Assembly (NCBI GenBank): GCA_026625185.1 | Contig: CP113000.1 | Location: 2,712,651 to 2,744,650, forward strand | DNA: 32,000 nucleotides | Reading direction: 5' to 3' | Origin: Thermodesulfobacteriota bacterium | GTDB taxonomy: Bacteria; Desulfobacterota; WTBG01; JAGOGO01 | Shown here: one piece after another, positions 8,391-18,847 of the stretch | Position numbering within the stretch: position 1 is the stretch's first letter | Layout: each line of letters starts with the position of its first letter | Made by a program: the position numbers and the translations under genes | Notes under the pieces: model-generated | What the model was told of the DNA's origin: nothing | Databases searched by the model: none | What the model saw: only the letters and a program-made list of their open reading frames with translations

Positions 8391-9110
8391 ATGGCAAGGC
8401 TTTCTGTTAATATTGACCACATTGCAACTATTCGCGAAGCGCGTAAAGGCAATGAACCAGATCCGGTGGCTGCTGCCTTCTTGGCTGAACTCGCGGGATG
8501 TGATGGGATTATCGTCCATCTTCGTGAGGATCGCCGTCACATTCAAGAACGAGATGTCGAGATTTTACGGAAGACCATTAAAACAAAACTTAACATGGAA
8601 ATGGCTGCTACTGGGGAGATGGTCAAAATTGCCGGAAAAATAAATCCGGATATGTGTACGTTGGTTCCCGAAAAAAGACAGGAACTGACGACTGAAGGTG
8701 GGTTGGATTTGCTGGGAAATTTTGCTTACCTAAAAGCAACCGTCAGCAAGCTTCAAAAAGAAAAAATTCTGGTTAGCCTTTTCATCGACCCTGATCCCGA
8801 GCAAATAAATGCGGCTAAAGAGTTGAAAGCTGACTTTGTTGAAATCCATACGGGAACTTACAGTAATGTTAAGACCAAAAAAGAAATCGAACGTGAGCTG
8901 AAAAAAATTGTTGAAAGTGTAACTTTAGCCTCCCAGCTTGGACTTGGCATAAATGCGGGGCATGGGCTTAATTATCGCAATATTCAACCGTTGCTCAACC
9001 TTTCAGAGATCGACGAATTCAGCATCGGCCACAGCATTATTGCCCGTGCAGTTTTAGTTGGATTTGAACGGGCCGTGAAAGACATGATCGACTTAGTTAA
9101 AACGCCATAA
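8391..9110 (+). CDS. pdxJ: Pyridoxine 5'-phosphate synthase
   Basis: MARLSVNIDHIATIREAR...VHLREDRRHI...TLVPE...EIHTG...NAGHGL are PdxJ hallmarks. AAGGAG lies 6 nt upstream of the ATG at 8391, so this is preferred to the TTG at 8373. Confidence 0.9.
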   Translation: MARLSVNIDHIATIREARKGNEPDPVAAAFLAELAGCDGIIVHLREDRRHIQERDVEILRKTIKTKLNMEMAATGEMVKIAGKINPDMCTLVPEKRQELTTEGGLDLLGNFAYLKATVSKLQKEKILVSLFIDPDPEQINAAKELKADFVEIHTGTYSNVKTKKEIERELKKIVESVTLASQLGLGINAGHGLNYRNIQPLLNLSEIDEFSIGHSIIARAVLVGFERAVKDMIDLVKTP

Positions 9111-9145
9111 AATTTTAAAGCAGCCTTTCACTTTTAGGAAAATTT

Positions 9146-10711
9146 ATGAAAGTTGTTTCAGCTTTCCAGATGAAAAATTTAGATCGACGTGCTATCGAGG
9201 AATTTGGCATTCCGGGCATTGTATTGATGGAAAATGCGGGGCGGGCGACGATTGAGGTTATTGATAAATATTTTCCTGCAATAAGCATGAGGAAAATCAT
9301 TATCATCGCCGGCTCAGGAAATAATGGAGGAGATGGTTTTGTGATTGGCCGCCATTTATTGAACCGGGGGGTTGAAGTTGAAGCGTTTTTATTGGGGCAC
9401 AAAGCGAAAGTGACCGGTGATGCTAAGGTCAACATGGAATTGTATCAAAAATTGAGGCCGGTGGTGGAACTTCATCGTCAGGAAGATTTGATGAAATTTC
9501 AAACCCAAATAAGCCATGTCGATCTTATTATTGATGCTATCCTTGGAACCGGCGTAAACACCGACGTTCGAGGATTGTATCGAGATGTTATTGACTATAT
9601 AAATTCCTTGCCCACTCCGGTTGTATCCGTTGATATTCCTTCCGGTATTGATGCCAGCACCGGCAAAATACTGGGCACGGCAATACACGCTGACCTTACG
9701 GTAACCTTTGGACTTCCTAAAATTGGACTTTTTATCCACCCCGGGCTTGATCGGGTCGGTATTTTAGAGGTTGCGGATATTTCAATCCCTCCCTATTTAG
9801 TTCAAGAAGAAAACATCCAGGTTGAGTTGCTTGAAGCTCATGAGCTGTTCCCTTTATTAAAACAACGAGATCGCAATTCCCACAAAGGCAATTACGGTCA
9901 TGTGCTCTTGATTGCCGGTTCGGTGGGAAAAACCGGAGCTGCCGCACTGTCTGCTGACGCTGCGTTAAGAATTGGAGCCGGGCTGGTAACCTTGGGTATT
10001 CCTGCCAGCCTAAACCCGGTTATGGAAGTTAAATTGACCGAAGTGATGACTGAACCCCTGGCTGAAACCGACTCCCAAACCTTAAGCACACAATCTTTAC
10101 CCCGGATCCAGGAGCTGAGTGAAGGTAAAAAAGTGCTTGCCCTAGGTCCCGGTATTTCAACCCACCCTGAAACCATGGCGGTAGTACAGCATATTATCCG
10201 TACCAGCAGGATTCCTATTATTGTTGACGCTGACGGAATTAATGCTTTAGGGGAAAAGCCTTCGGTGCTTCAAGAAGCACAATGTCCGATCGTACTTACT
10301 CCCCATCCCGGAGAAATGGCGCGCCTAACCGGCACTTCAATCAGAGAAGTTCAGGAGGACAGGATTGGGGTTGCAAAAAAAGTCGCGAAACAATGGGGTG
10401 TGGTTATTGTTCTCAAGGGAGCCAGGAGCATTATTGCGGAGCCGAATGGTAATATTTACATTAATTCCACCGGGAATCCTGGTATGGCATCCGGCGGTAC
10501 CGGAGATGTGCTTACCGGAATGATTGCCGGTTTAGTCGCCCAGGGTTATACCATCAGCGAAGCAAGCCGCTTAGGAGTCTTTCTTCATGGTTATATCGCT
10601 GATGAAATAACCGAACAAAGTGGAGAAGTCGGGTTAACTGCTACCGATATTATCAACCGGATTCCCTTGGCGCTCAAAGAGGCAATGGCGGAAAATGGAG
10701 CTTTTGGCTGA
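9146..10711 (+). CDS. nnr: Bifunctional NAD(P)H-hydrate repair enzyme (epimerase + ADP-dependent dehydratase), YjeF/Nnr
   Basis: 521 aa. The N-terminal YjeF_N domain has GSGNNGGDG. The C-terminal carbohydrate-kinase-like domain has HKGNYGHVLLIAGS...GGTGDVLTGMIAGL. The gene is followed by tsaE, the usual yjeF-yjeE pairing. Confidence 0.9.
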   Translation: MKVVSAFQMKNLDRRAIEEFGIPGIVLMENAGRATIEVIDKYFPAISMRKIIIIAGSGNNGGDGFVIGRHLLNRGVEVEAFLLGHKAKVTGDAKVNMELYQKLRPVVELHRQEDLMKFQTQISHVDLIIDAILGTGVNTDVRGLYRDVIDYINSLPTPVVSVDIPSGIDASTGKILGTAIHADLTVTFGLPKIGLFIHPGLDRVGILEVADISIPPYLVQEENIQVELLEAHELFPLLKQRDRNSHKGNYGHVLLIAGSVGKTGAAALSADAALRIGAGLVTLGIPASLNPVMEVKLTEVMTEPLAETDSQTLSTQSLPRIQELSEGKKVLALGPGISTHPETMAVVQHIIRTSRIPIIVDADGINALGEKPSVLQEAQCPIVLTPHPGEMARLTGTSIREVQEDRIGVAKKVAKQWGVVIVLKGARSIIAEPNGNIYINSTGNPGMASGGTGDVLTGMIAGLVAQGYTISEASRLGVFLHGYIADEITEQSGEVGLTATDIINRIPLALKEAMAENGAFG

Positions 10712-11195
10712 GGATTCGGATTTTATCATCGTAAAAACAGACAACCCTGAGGAAACCGAAGAAGTTGGAAAATTTTTGGGAATGCACCTTGGACCAGGTG
10801 ATATTGTTTCCTTAATCGGAGAACTTGGATCCGGCAAGACCTGTTTTACTCGTGGTATCGCTTGTGGTCTCGGAATTGAGGAAAGTCTCCCGATAGTAAG
10901 TCCTACTTTTACCTTAATTAATGAATACCCCGGAAAGACTCCTTTATTTCATTTTGATCTTTACCGGCTTGATGATAGTGAAAGAGTTTTCGATTTAGGA
11001 TATCGTGAATATTTCCATGGCAAAGGAGTTGCGGTTATCGAGTGGGGAGAAAAGGTTGCTCATCTTTTACCGGATGAATATTGCCTGGTTTTGTTTTTCT
11101 CAGAGTTTGATGAAAGAAGGGAAATAAAAATTAAAGGGCAAGGAAAACGTTTTATTGATATAATAAAATCCTTAAGCAAATTTTTAAAAGACTAA
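10695..11195 (+). CDS. tsaE: tRNA t6A37 biosynthesis ATPase TsaE (YjeE)
   Basis: P-loop GELGSGKTCFTRG, SPTFTLINEY and HFDLYRL motifs. It overlaps the nnr stop by 17 nt. Confidence 0.85.
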   Translation: MELLAEDSDFIIVKTDNPEETEEVGKFLGMHLGPGDIVSLIGELGSGKTCFTRGIACGLGIEESLPIVSPTFTLINEYPGKTPLFHFDLYRLDDSERVFDLGYREYFHGKGVAVIEWGEKVAHLLPDEYCLVLFFSEFDERREIKIKGQGKRFIDIIKSLSKFLKD

Positions 11196-11223
11196 TTTCA
11201 ACTTTACTTGATGGAAAGGGCGT

Positions 11224-12447
11224 ATGGGAATTATAGTTCATAAATACGGAGGAACTTCAGTAGGCGATATTGAGAAGATAAAAAATGTTGCTCGCCGTTT
11301 GATAGATACCCAAAAAAAAAGACACGACGTGGTTTGTGTGGTTTCGGCAATGGCAGGAGAGACTGATAGACTGATTAAATTAGCCAATGACCTTACCGAT
11401 TCTCCTGACGCTCGAGAATATGATGTTTTGGTTGCTACCGGCGAACAGGTTTCTATTGCTCTTCTGGCGATGGCCATAATATCTCTCGGAGGAAAAGCGC
11501 GGTCTTTTACGGGGCATCAGGTAAAAATCCTTACGGATGAATCTTTTAGTAAAGCCAAGATCATGAGCATTGATACCAAAAGAATATTAAAAGAAGTAAA
11601 GGATGGATATATAGTTGTCGTAGCCGGTTTTCAAGGGGTGGATGAAGACGGGAATGTCACAACCCTGGGGCGAGGTGGGTCCGATACTTCCGCAGTGGCT
11701 TTGGCGGCTGCTTTGAATGCTGATCAATGTGATATTTATACTGATGTGGATGGTGTCTATACGGCTGATCCCAATATTTGCCCCAAAGCTAAAAAGCTAA
11801 AAAAGATTTCCTACGAAGAAATGCTGGAAATGGCCAGTCTTGGTGCTAAAGTTCTTCAAACGCGCTCCGTAGAAATAGCAAAAAAATTCAATGTCCCCAT
11901 CCATGTACGGTCATCTTTTTCCGAGGAGGAAGGCACTATGGTAACTAGAGAAGATGAAGAAATGGAAAAGTATGTGGTTTCCGGTGTCACCTACAACCGG
12001 AATGAGTCAAAACTTACTATTTCCGGTATCCCGGATGTACCGGGGGTAGCGGCAAAAATTTTTAAACCCATTGCTGACGCAAATATTGTTGTTGATATGA
12101 TAATCCAGAATGCAAGCAGTGCGGGGCACGCTGACCTTACCTTTACCGTTTCCAAAACCGATACCAAAAAAGCTTTAGAAATTTTAAAAGCCATAGGGAA
12201 AAAATTGGGCGCTAACCGAGTAAGCTCTGATGAAAATATAGCGAAAATATCGATTGTTGGTGTCGGCATGAAAAGTCATGCTGGTGTGGCATCCCAGTTT
12301 TTTTCGGTGCTGGCACATGAAGGAATTAACATTATGATGATCAGCACCTCGGAGATAAAAATATCCTGTGTGGTTGAGGAAAAGTATACGGAACTGGCAG
12401 TCAGGATTCTCCACGATACATTCCACCTATCTCCGGAAGAAAGATAG
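11224..12447 (+). CDS. lysC: Aspartate kinase (monofunctional, with C-terminal ACT domains)
   Basis: [39 protein letters not shown] and [14 protein letters not shown] motifs, with tandem ACT-like repeats at the C-terminus. Confidence 0.9.
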   Translation: MGIIVHKYGGTSVGDIEKIKNVARRLIDTQKKRHDVVCVVSAMAGETDRLIKLANDLTDSPDAREYDVLVATGEQVSIALLAMAIISLGGKARSFTGHQVKILTDESFSKAKIMSIDTKRILKEVKDGYIVVVAGFQGVDEDGNVTTLGRGGSDTSAVALAAALNADQCDIYTDVDGVYTADPNICPKAKKLKKISYEEMLEMASLGAKVLQTRSVEIAKKFNVPIHVRSSFSEEEGTMVTREDEEMEKYVVSGVTYNRNESKLTISGIPDVPGVAAKIFKPIADANIVVDMIIQNASSAGHADLTFTVSKTDTKKALEILKAIGKKLGANRVSSDENIAKISIVGVGMKSHAGVASQFFSVLAHEGINIMMISTSEIKISCVVEEKYTELAVRILHDTFHLSPEER

Positions 12448-12474
12448 GTTGGTTTATTTTACTAAGAGGTCGGA

Positions 12475-14061
12475 ATGAAATCCTTAAAACTTTATGATAC
12501 AACCCTGCGTGATGGAACCCAAGCAGAAGATATCGCGTTTACCGTTGAAGATAAAATTCGCATTGCCAAAAAACTCGATGAGCTTGGCGTCCATTATATC
12601 GAGGGCGGCTGGCCAGGGTCCAATCCGCGGGATCTACAATTTTTTAATGAAATAAAAAATTATAATTTAATCCAGGCCAAAATTGCAGCTTTTTCCAGCA
12701 CAGCTCATCCCCACAATCCGCCGGATAAGGATAAAAACATCAAGGAAGTTCTTCGTGCTCAAACTCCGGTGGTAACAATTGTTGGTAAAAGCTGGGATAT
12801 TCATGTCCGAGAAGCATTAGGAATCACCCTCGAGAAAAATCTCCAAATTATATTTGAGACTATATCCTTTTTAAAAAAACATGTCTCGGAAGTCATGTTT
12901 GATGCGGAACATTTTTTTGACGGATTTAAAAAAAATCCTGATTATGCTCTCAAGATAATCAAGATAGCTACTTCTGCTCACGCTGATTGGGTTATTTTGT
13001 GTGATACTAACGGGGGCAGCATGCCCCATGAGGTTCAGGAAATAATTCGAATTGTAAAAAAAGAAAGGCTACCGGTACCCCTGGGAATCCATTGTCATAA
13101 TGATTCGGAAATGGCAGTAGCCAATTCTATTTTAGCGGTAAAAGAGGGGGTAACACAGGTACAAGGGACGATCAATGGATTTGGAGAACGATGCGGGAAC
13201 GCAAACCTTTGTTCGATTATTCCTAATTTGAGGTTGAAGTTGGGGATACCGTGTATATCGGATGAACAACTGACGAAGCTCAGGGAAACTGCCCGGTTTG
13301 TTTATGAACTGGCCAACTTTCAACCCCCAAACCATCAGCCTTTTGTTGGGAATAGCGCCTTTGCTCACAAGGGTGGGCTCCATGTCCATGCAATTCAGAA
13401 AAAATCTGAGACCTATGAACACATCAGGCCTGAGCTGGTAGGAAACCATCAAAGGGTTTTACTTTCCGATTTGTCTGGAAAAAGTAATATAATTTATAAA
13501 GCTAAAGATCTGGGCATCAAGGTAGGAAGTAAAGACCCGGTAGTCATTGCTGCCTTAGAAAAGCTTAAGAATCTGGAAAACCAGGGATATCAGTTTGAAG
13601 GCGCGGAAGCTTCTTTTGAGCTTATGCTTAAAAAAGCTTTAGGACTTCAAAAAAAATATTTTGATTTAGTTGGGTTTCGTATCATCAGCGAAAAAAGGAA
13701 AGAGGATGAAACACCCTTGGCCGAAGCTACCATTATGATCCAAGTTGGCGGCAAAATTGAACATACCGCTGCGCTGGGTAATGGTCCGGTTAATGCGCTC
13801 GACAATGCTATTCGAAAAGCCTTGGAAAAATTTTATCCTCAGCTTAAGGATATGGAACTCGTAGACTATAAAGTCCGGGTTCTTTCATCAGGCGAGGAAG
13901 GCACTGGTGCCAAGGTGCGGGTCTTGATTGAGTCAAGTGATAATCACGACAAATGGGGAACTGTGGGTCTTTCGGAAAATATTATTGAAGCAAGCTGGCA
14001 AGCATTAGTAGATAGCATTAATTATAAACTTTTAAAAGATGACCAGAAAAATGCAGAATGA
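12475..14061 (+). CDS. cimA: (R)-citramalate synthase (LeuA/CimA family with LeuA-dimer regulatory domain)
   Basis: [16 protein letters not shown] and GERCGNA motifs of DRE-TIM metallolyases. The 528-aa architecture and position directly after aspartate kinase recall the Geobacter-type CimA, as I remember it. The CimA versus LeuA assignment is by family resemblance only. Confidence 0.75.
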   Translation: MKSLKLYDTTLRDGTQAEDIAFTVEDKIRIAKKLDELGVHYIEGGWPGSNPRDLQFFNEIKNYNLIQAKIAAFSSTAHPHNPPDKDKNIKEVLRAQTPVVTIVGKSWDIHVREALGITLEKNLQIIFETISFLKKHVSEVMFDAEHFFDGFKKNPDYALKIIKIATSAHADWVILCDTNGGSMPHEVQEIIRIVKKERLPVPLGIHCHNDSEMAVANSILAVKEGVTQVQGTINGFGERCGNANLCSIIPNLRLKLGIPCISDEQLTKLRETARFVYELANFQPPNHQPFVGNSAFAHKGGLHVHAIQKKSETYEHIRPELVGNHQRVLLSDLSGKSNIIYKAKDLGIKVGSKDPVVIAALEKLKNLENQGYQFEGAEASFELMLKKALGLQKKYFDLVGFRIISEKRKEDETPLAEATIMIQVGGKIEHTAALGNGPVNALDNAIRKALEKFYPQLKDMELVDYKVRVLSSGEEGTGAKVRVLIESSDNHDKWGTVGLSENIIEASWQALVDSINYKLLKDDQKNAE

Positions 14062-14635
14062 TGAAAGGAAAATCACGTATCCTCATCAAATTATGGCATT
14101 GATTATTCTTACTGTATTTTTGGCACTCAATTGCTATCGTTTTTGCTTTTCTTTTAACAATGAAACCCAGATCGAAAATCTTTCCCCTTGCCTTCTTGAA
14201 GTTAAAGGTGAGGTTCCTCATCCGGGACTGTATTATTATGATTATTGTCCGACTGCTAATGAACTACTTAATGCCAGTGGACAGTCACCTGATGGAAACT
14301 TCCCTATTAACCAAAACTCAATGGTTGTGCTCTCTACCGGCACTTCCCTATGGGTACAAAAGACTCGTAAAGGTATACGGGTCGCTCGGTTTTCTTTAGA
14401 AGGAAAAAAGAAAATGCTTTTGGGAATTCCCATAAATTTAAATACCGCTACCTCGGGTGATTTATCAAGTTTACCCGGCATTGGACCACATATCGCTGAT
14501 GAAGTTATTTTGTTTCGAGAGACTCTCGGAACATTTTCAAAAATCGAAGACCTTAAAGCCGTTAATGGCATCGGAGAGAAACGTTTTAAAAAAATTGAGA
14601 AGTATCTTACGGTAAAACCAGAAACTATCGGGTAA
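14039..14635 (+). CDS. comEA: ComEA-like DNA-binding protein (TM anchor, SLBB-like domain, tandem helix-hairpin-helix)
   Basis: The C-terminus [55 protein letters not shown] is the ComEA HhH pair. An N-terminal hydrophobic segment is present. The start is uncertain; an alternative ATG lies at 14051. Confidence 0.75.
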   Translation: MTRKMQNDERKITYPHQIMALIILTVFLALNCYRFCFSFNNETQIENLSPCLLEVKGEVPHPGLYYYDYCPTANELLNASGQSPDGNFPINQNSMVVLSTGTSLWVQKTRKGIRVARFSLEGKKKMLLGIPINLNTATSGDLSSLPGIGPHIADEVILFRETLGTFSKIEDLKAVNGIGEKRFKKIEKYLTVKPETIG

Positions 14636-14659
14636 CGTATATTTGAAGGGAGGTTTTGC

Positions 14660-15388
14660 TTGGTCAGAAAAATAAAGGGCTCGAACAAAATTACTATTGG
14701 CCGGAGTGCGGAAACGGCGCCATCGGTTACTCCTTTTTTTGAAGTAGTGCGCAATAATCTTTTGTATCTCATCTTGGGGTTAGTTGCAATTTTACTTTTA
14801 TCCGGGGGAGGGGTCCTGTGGAATTATTTTGACAAAAAAAACGAAGAAAAGGCCTCCACCTTATTTTATCAGGCCTACCAGACCTTTAAAGACTCCAAGG
14901 AAAAGGAAGCCTCTTTAGAAGAACCCATGAAGCTTTTTCAAACAATCATTGAGGACTACCCAAGAACCAGCGCAAGTGAATTAAGCTATTTTTATCTGGG
15001 TAATTGCCAGTTTGTCATGAAGAAGTTCGATGTGGCTATTGATGCTTATAGTAAATTTTTGGAAAAAGTTTCTTCTCAACCGCAATTGGCTCTTCTTGCT
15101 TATGACAGTCTCGGATACTGTTATGAAGAGAAGAAAGATTATAAGAAAGCCATAGAATACTTCCAAAAGACTATCACCCCTCCCCCCGGTTTGGGAGAAA
15201 GTGGGTATTTTAATGCGGGTCGTTGTTTTGAGGCACTGGGAGATAGTGAAGGTAGTTTGAATCTCTATAAAAAGTTTCTTTTAGAATTTCCGGACTCTTC
15301 TAAAAAGAGTTTTATTCAGGAAAAGATTAAAGAAATAGAATTGGAAAAAGGACCGGCAAGCGATGTGGCCAAAAAGTCTCACGGATAA
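14660..15388 (+). CDS. Membrane-anchored tetratricopeptide-repeat protein (YfgM-like)
   Basis: One predicted TM (LLYLILGLVAILLLSGGGVLW) is followed by TPR-like repeats (..YYLGNCQF..AIDAYSKFL.., ..LGYCYEEKKDYKKAIEYFQK..). GGGAGG lies upstream of the TTG start. Confidence 0.6.
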   Translation: MVRKIKGSNKITIGRSAETAPSVTPFFEVVRNNLLYLILGLVAILLLSGGGVLWNYFDKKNEEKASTLFYQAYQTFKDSKEKEASLEEPMKLFQTIIEDYPRTSASELSYFYLGNCQFVMKKFDVAIDAYSKFLEKVSSQPQLALLAYDSLGYCYEEKKDYKKAIEYFQKTITPPPGLGESGYFNAGRCFEALGDSEGSLNLYKKFLLEFPDSSKKSFIQEKIKEIELEKGPASDVAKKSHG

Positions 15389-15989
15389 TGTCAAGGTGAT
15401 TATATTTGATTGCGACGGAGTCATGTTTGATTCCCGCAAAGCCAATATCGCTTTTTACAATACGATCCTTGCTCGCTTTGAAAAACCACGGCTGACTGAT
15501 GATGAGTTCGAGGTAGTTCATATGTCTACCGCAGAAGAATCTATTAATTATTTATTTCGCGATGATCCTCAACTTCAGGAGGCGCAAACATATCGTAACC
15601 AGGTTGATTATCAACAGTTTATTCCTTTCATGACCATGGAGCCTTTTTTGGATGAGGTCTTGGAAATTTTGAAAAAGAAATACCAGTTGGCAGTGGCTAC
15701 CAACCGAACCAATACCATTCACCCCCTTTTAACGGCTTTTAAACTCGAACATTTTTTTGACCTTGTAGTATCGGCGTTAGATGTCAATAATCCCAAGCCT
15801 CACCCAGAAGCGGTTTTTAAGATAGTGAACCATTTTGGTATTGATGCTCGAGAAGCAATATTTGTCGGCGATTCTTCGGTAGACCGGGAAACCGCCTTAC
15901 GCGCAAAAGTTTATTTTGTCGCTTACAAAAATTCTCTTCTTCAAGCTGATCATAATATTGATAATCTGCGTGAACTACTTTTTCTTTAA
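15363..15989 (+). CDS. HAD-superfamily hydrolase (phosphoglycolate phosphatase-like subfamily IA)
   Basis: Motif I IIFDCDGVMFDS, motif II VATNR and motif III/IV KP..P....FVGDSSVD. The substrate cannot be inferred. Confidence 0.75.
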   Translation: MWPKSLTDNVKVIIFDCDGVMFDSRKANIAFYNTILARFEKPRLTDDEFEVVHMSTAEESINYLFRDDPQLQEAQTYRNQVDYQQFIPFMTMEPFLDEVLEILKKKYQLAVATNRTNTIHPLLTAFKLEHFFDLVVSALDVNNPKPHPEAVFKIVNHFGIDAREAIFVGDSSVDRETALRAKVYFVAYKNSLLQADHNIDNLRELLFL

Positions 15990-16014
15990 TTTTCCAACGG
16001 ATTGCAATTTAACG

Positions 16015-16052
16015 CTTATGCAAAATAAAAAAACCTGCATAAGTTAGTTTTA
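16015..16052 (+). terminator. Possible terminator after the HAD hydrolase gene
   Basis: An 8-bp stem, CTTATGCA (16015-22) paired with TGCATAAG (16036-43), followed by TTAGTTTTA. The loop is long (13 nt), so this is weak. Confidence 0.3.
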
Positions 16053-16128
16053 AAAACCGATTGCCTAATTTTTTATTTTCGTTTATCATTAACTGTAATA
16101 CCTTATTAAACATGGTTTTTAATGCGAT

Positions 16129-17400
16129 ATGGATGAAGCTGATACTTTTGTCTTAGAATTTTTATTAATTCTGGTTTTTCTTTTTTTTCTTCTTTTCTTT
16201 TCCATCATTGCTTCCACGCTCCATCGGCTTACCCCTTTTGATTTAAAACTTCTCAATGAACAACACGGAAAGAAAAGCAATATTTTCAACTTACTCGCCC
16301 ACAATAACCTTAAGGTTATTATTCCCATTTCTTTTGGAATCCAAACCTCTTTGCTTCTTGTTTTTATTCTTACCACCCACATGGTTATACAAAAGTTTGA
16401 TTCACATCCCCTGTTATGGACATTCGGTATACTGCTAGTTGTGAGCCTTTTTTTCTGCCAATTTATTCCGGGTCTGTTGGTCCACGTGAATCCAGAGAAA
16501 AAATTACTCAGGCTCCTTCCTTTGCTTTCCATCATTTTTCCGGTGGTAAAGTTTTTATCTTACCCCATTATTTCCAGTGTTGAACGAATGCGGGGCTCAA
16601 CCAAGGGCGCCGACGACGATGAGCCCGAAGTTATGGATAAAAAAATTCAAGCGCTCATCGATATTGGAAAAGAAGAGGAGGTGCTCGAAAAAGAGGATAG
16701 TGAGCTGGTAAAATCGGTCATAGAATTTGGGGATACCAAAGCCCGCGAAGTGATGACCCCTCGTTCTCAAATAATTGCTCTTCCGGAAAATGCCTCCATA
16801 AAAGAAGCCAAAGACCTTATGGTGAGGAAAAAACATTCACGGATTCCGGTATATCGTGAGAATTTAGATCAAATTATTGGGGTAATTTATGTCCGCAATT
16901 TGTTGACCAAGTTGGAAGAAAAAGAGTGGGATTCACCAATAAATGATTTGCTTTTACCGCCAGTATTCGTAACTGAAGAAGAACGTATCTCCGAAGTCTT
17001 CAAGGAAATGAAAGCCAAACGGTCATGGATGGTGTTTGTCAAAAATGAGTACGGCGGAGTTTCTGGTTTGATCACCATCAAAGGTCTCCTCGAGGAAATT
17101 GTCGGTGATATTGACGACGAAGACCAAACCAAACAACCGGAGATCATTCCCCAGGGAAAGAATCTTTTCCTGGTGTCGGGCAAGGCGGGACTTTACGAGC
17201 TTAGTGAGGCGCTGGGAATCACTTTAGCGGATGATGATTGCCAGACTATCGGCGGTTTGATAACGAAAGCAATCGGGCGGCTGCCCAAAAAGAATGACCG
17301 GCTTGAGGTTTCGGGATTGGTGATTACTATTTTAAATGTTGATTCAAGAAAAATTAATCGTTTGTTGGTTGAAAAACCTTTGGCCCCACCCTATGAGTAG
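16129..17400 (+). CDS. CNNM/CorC-family protein: DUF21 transmembrane domain + CBS pair + CorC_HlyC domain (putative Mg2+/Co2+ efflux, 'hemolysin-like')
   Basis: 423 aa with four N-terminal hydrophobic segments. The CBS-pair region contains AREVMTPRSQI and HSRIPVY. The C-terminal domain (..FLVSGKAGLYELSEALGITL..DDCQTIGGLI..LPKKNDRLEV.GLVITILNVDSRKINRLLV) is the CorC_HlyC transporter-associated domain. Confidence 0.85.
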   Translation: MDEADTFVLEFLLILVFLFFLLFFSIIASTLHRLTPFDLKLLNEQHGKKSNIFNLLAHNNLKVIIPISFGIQTSLLLVFILTTHMVIQKFDSHPLLWTFGILLVVSLFFCQFIPGLLVHVNPEKKLLRLLPLLSIIFPVVKFLSYPIISSVERMRGSTKGADDDEPEVMDKKIQALIDIGKEEEVLEKEDSELVKSVIEFGDTKAREVMTPRSQIIALPENASIKEAKDLMVRKKHSRIPVYRENLDQIIGVIYVRNLLTKLEEKEWDSPINDLLLPPVFVTEEERISEVFKEMKAKRSWMVFVKNEYGGVSGLITIKGLLEEIVGDIDDEDQTKQPEIIPQGKNLFLVSGKAGLYELSEALGITLADDDCQTIGGLITKAIGRLPKKNDRLEVSGLVITILNVDSRKINRLLVEKPLAPPYE

Positions 17401-17451
17401 AAAGCGCCGATAACAAAAAGAAACCCTTTAACTTTTTTTGGATATCCTTTC

Positions 17452-18489
17452 TTGCTTAAAGGAATCGTACCACACTTATTTTTGCTGTTTATCTTCCTTG
17501 GTCTTTCAGGTTTGTTTGCCGCGTCTGAAATTGCTCTGGTCAATCTTACTCCTTCCCAGGTCCGCCGCATTGTTAAACAAGGCACGCGTCACAGCCGAAA
17601 TCTGGTTTTTTGGGAGCGGGAACCGGATAAGATCCTTATTACGATCGTTATTGTCACTAATCTGGTCAATATCGCTGCTTCGGCCACGACGGTTACTATT
17701 TTTGTCCATGCTATTCCCCACATCAGTGTGGATTCTGCTGCGGTGATCGCAACTTTTGTAACCACTTTGCTTATGCTTCTTTTCGGAGAGATTACTCCTA
17801 AACTCCTGGGAAAACGACACCCGGTTACGGTCTCCATTGGAGTTTTGCCCTTATTGCTTTTTTTGGGAAAGATTGTTCATCCGATAAGTAAAATCCTTTT
17901 GAAGTTGAGTCAAAGCATTTTGAGTTTTTTAGGCAAAGAAAGCCGGGAAATTTTCCCCACAGAATCAAATAGAGAGGAGATAAAAGCCCTTCTTGAATTA
18001 GTAAAGAAAGAGGGGGTAGTATCGGAAAGAGAAAATAAAATGCTCATGAGCATCTTACGGTTGGAAGAAACCAAAGTTCGGGATATCATGGTGAATCGAA
18101 TGAATATGATTTGCCTCGAAATAAACGCTTGTTATGAAACGGTACTGGAAACAGTCCGTAAAAGTGGATTTTCACGAATCCCCGTTTACGAAAAAACTTT
18201 TGAAAACATCAAAGGAATTTTAATGGCCAAGGATATTTTATCATGCTGGGACGAAAAAAGTTTCCAACTTTCTTCTCTTATGCGGCCGGCAAAGTTTATG
18301 CCTGAAGTGATCACCCTTGACCGCGCACTGCGGGAATTTATCAATACTCAAACCCACTTAGCAATTGTAGTCAATGAGTATGGTGAGGTTGAAGGATTAG
18401 TGACATTAGAGGATGTGATTGAAGAAATTACCGGAGAGATTCAGGATGAATTTGACATTGAAAGTATCTTGGTTAAGAAAATAAAGTAG
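17452..18489 (+). CDS. Second DUF21 + CBS-pair protein, lacking the CorC_HlyC C-terminal domain
   Basis: 345 aa with DUF21-type TM helices (AASEIALVNL..) and CBS-pair motifs VRDIMVNRMNM and FSRIPVY. It ends about 20 residues after the second CBS motif. TTG start. Confidence 0.8.
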   Translation: MLKGIVPHLFLLFIFLGLSGLFAASEIALVNLTPSQVRRIVKQGTRHSRNLVFWEREPDKILITIVIVTNLVNIAASATTVTIFVHAIPHISVDSAAVIATFVTTLLMLLFGEITPKLLGKRHPVTVSIGVLPLLLFLGKIVHPISKILLKLSQSILSFLGKESREIFPTESNREEIKALLELVKKEGVVSERENKMLMSILRLEETKVRDIMVNRMNMICLEINACYETVLETVRKSGFSRIPVYEKTFENIKGILMAKDILSCWDEKSFQLSSLMRPAKFMPEVITLDRALREFINTQTHLAIVVNEYGEVEGLVTLEDVIEEITGEIQDEFDIESILVKKIK

Positions 18490-18748
18490 AATAATCGCTT
18501 TTTTGTTTTTTTTCGCTGATTTCCTAAGAATCTGCCACCAGACCCCAATGCTTTTGATTTTAAGTCCTAAGGTATACTTGTAATTTAATCGTTCCTTTGC
18601 GGAGAAAACGATCTATCAATTCGAAAAAGATAACGACTTTAAATGGAAAGCGATATCCGAGATTTTCCTCTGTCGCTAAGTTTAGGTTTTTTTATGCTTC
18701 TGGTTTCTTGTTTCATGAGTAGATAAAAAAATTGTATTTATAAATTAT

Positions 18749-18773
18749 ATTAATTATAATTATTATAATTAAT
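18749..18773. promoter_or_regulatory. Perfect 25-bp AT palindrome upstream of the regulator/MTHFR cluster (candidate operator or UP-like element)
   Basis: ATTAATTATAAT (18749-60), T, ATTATAATTAAT (18762-73). The 12-bp arms are perfectly complementary. It ends 12 bp upstream of the TTGACA at 18786. Confidence 0.3.
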
Positions 18774-18785
18774 TTAAAAAAAATC

Positions 18786-18814
18786 TTGACAAACTAAAAT
18801 TTCTATAATAAATA
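18786..18814 (+). promoter_or_regulatory. Putative promoter of the 18848-28293 cluster
   Basis: TTGACA is at 18786-91. The obvious TATAAT (18804-09) is only 12 nt away, which is too close. TAAATA at 18809-14 gives a 17-nt spacing. The -10 assignment is therefore uncertain. Confidence 0.3.
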
Positions 18815-18847
18815 AAAATTAGAATATGATTTAAAGGATTAAAGTAT

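Noticed and set aside
18639-18716. 25-codon basic mini-ORF on the minus strand
   Set aside because: It has no SD, no recognisable family and lies in an A/T-rich spacer. It is mentioned in a low-interest finding but not called as a gene.
18786-18809. Textbook-looking TTGACA ... TATAAT promoter pair
   Set aside because: The spacing between the two hexamers is only 12 nt, which is incompatible with sigma70. I kept only a low-confidence alternative -10 (TAAATA, 17-nt spacing).
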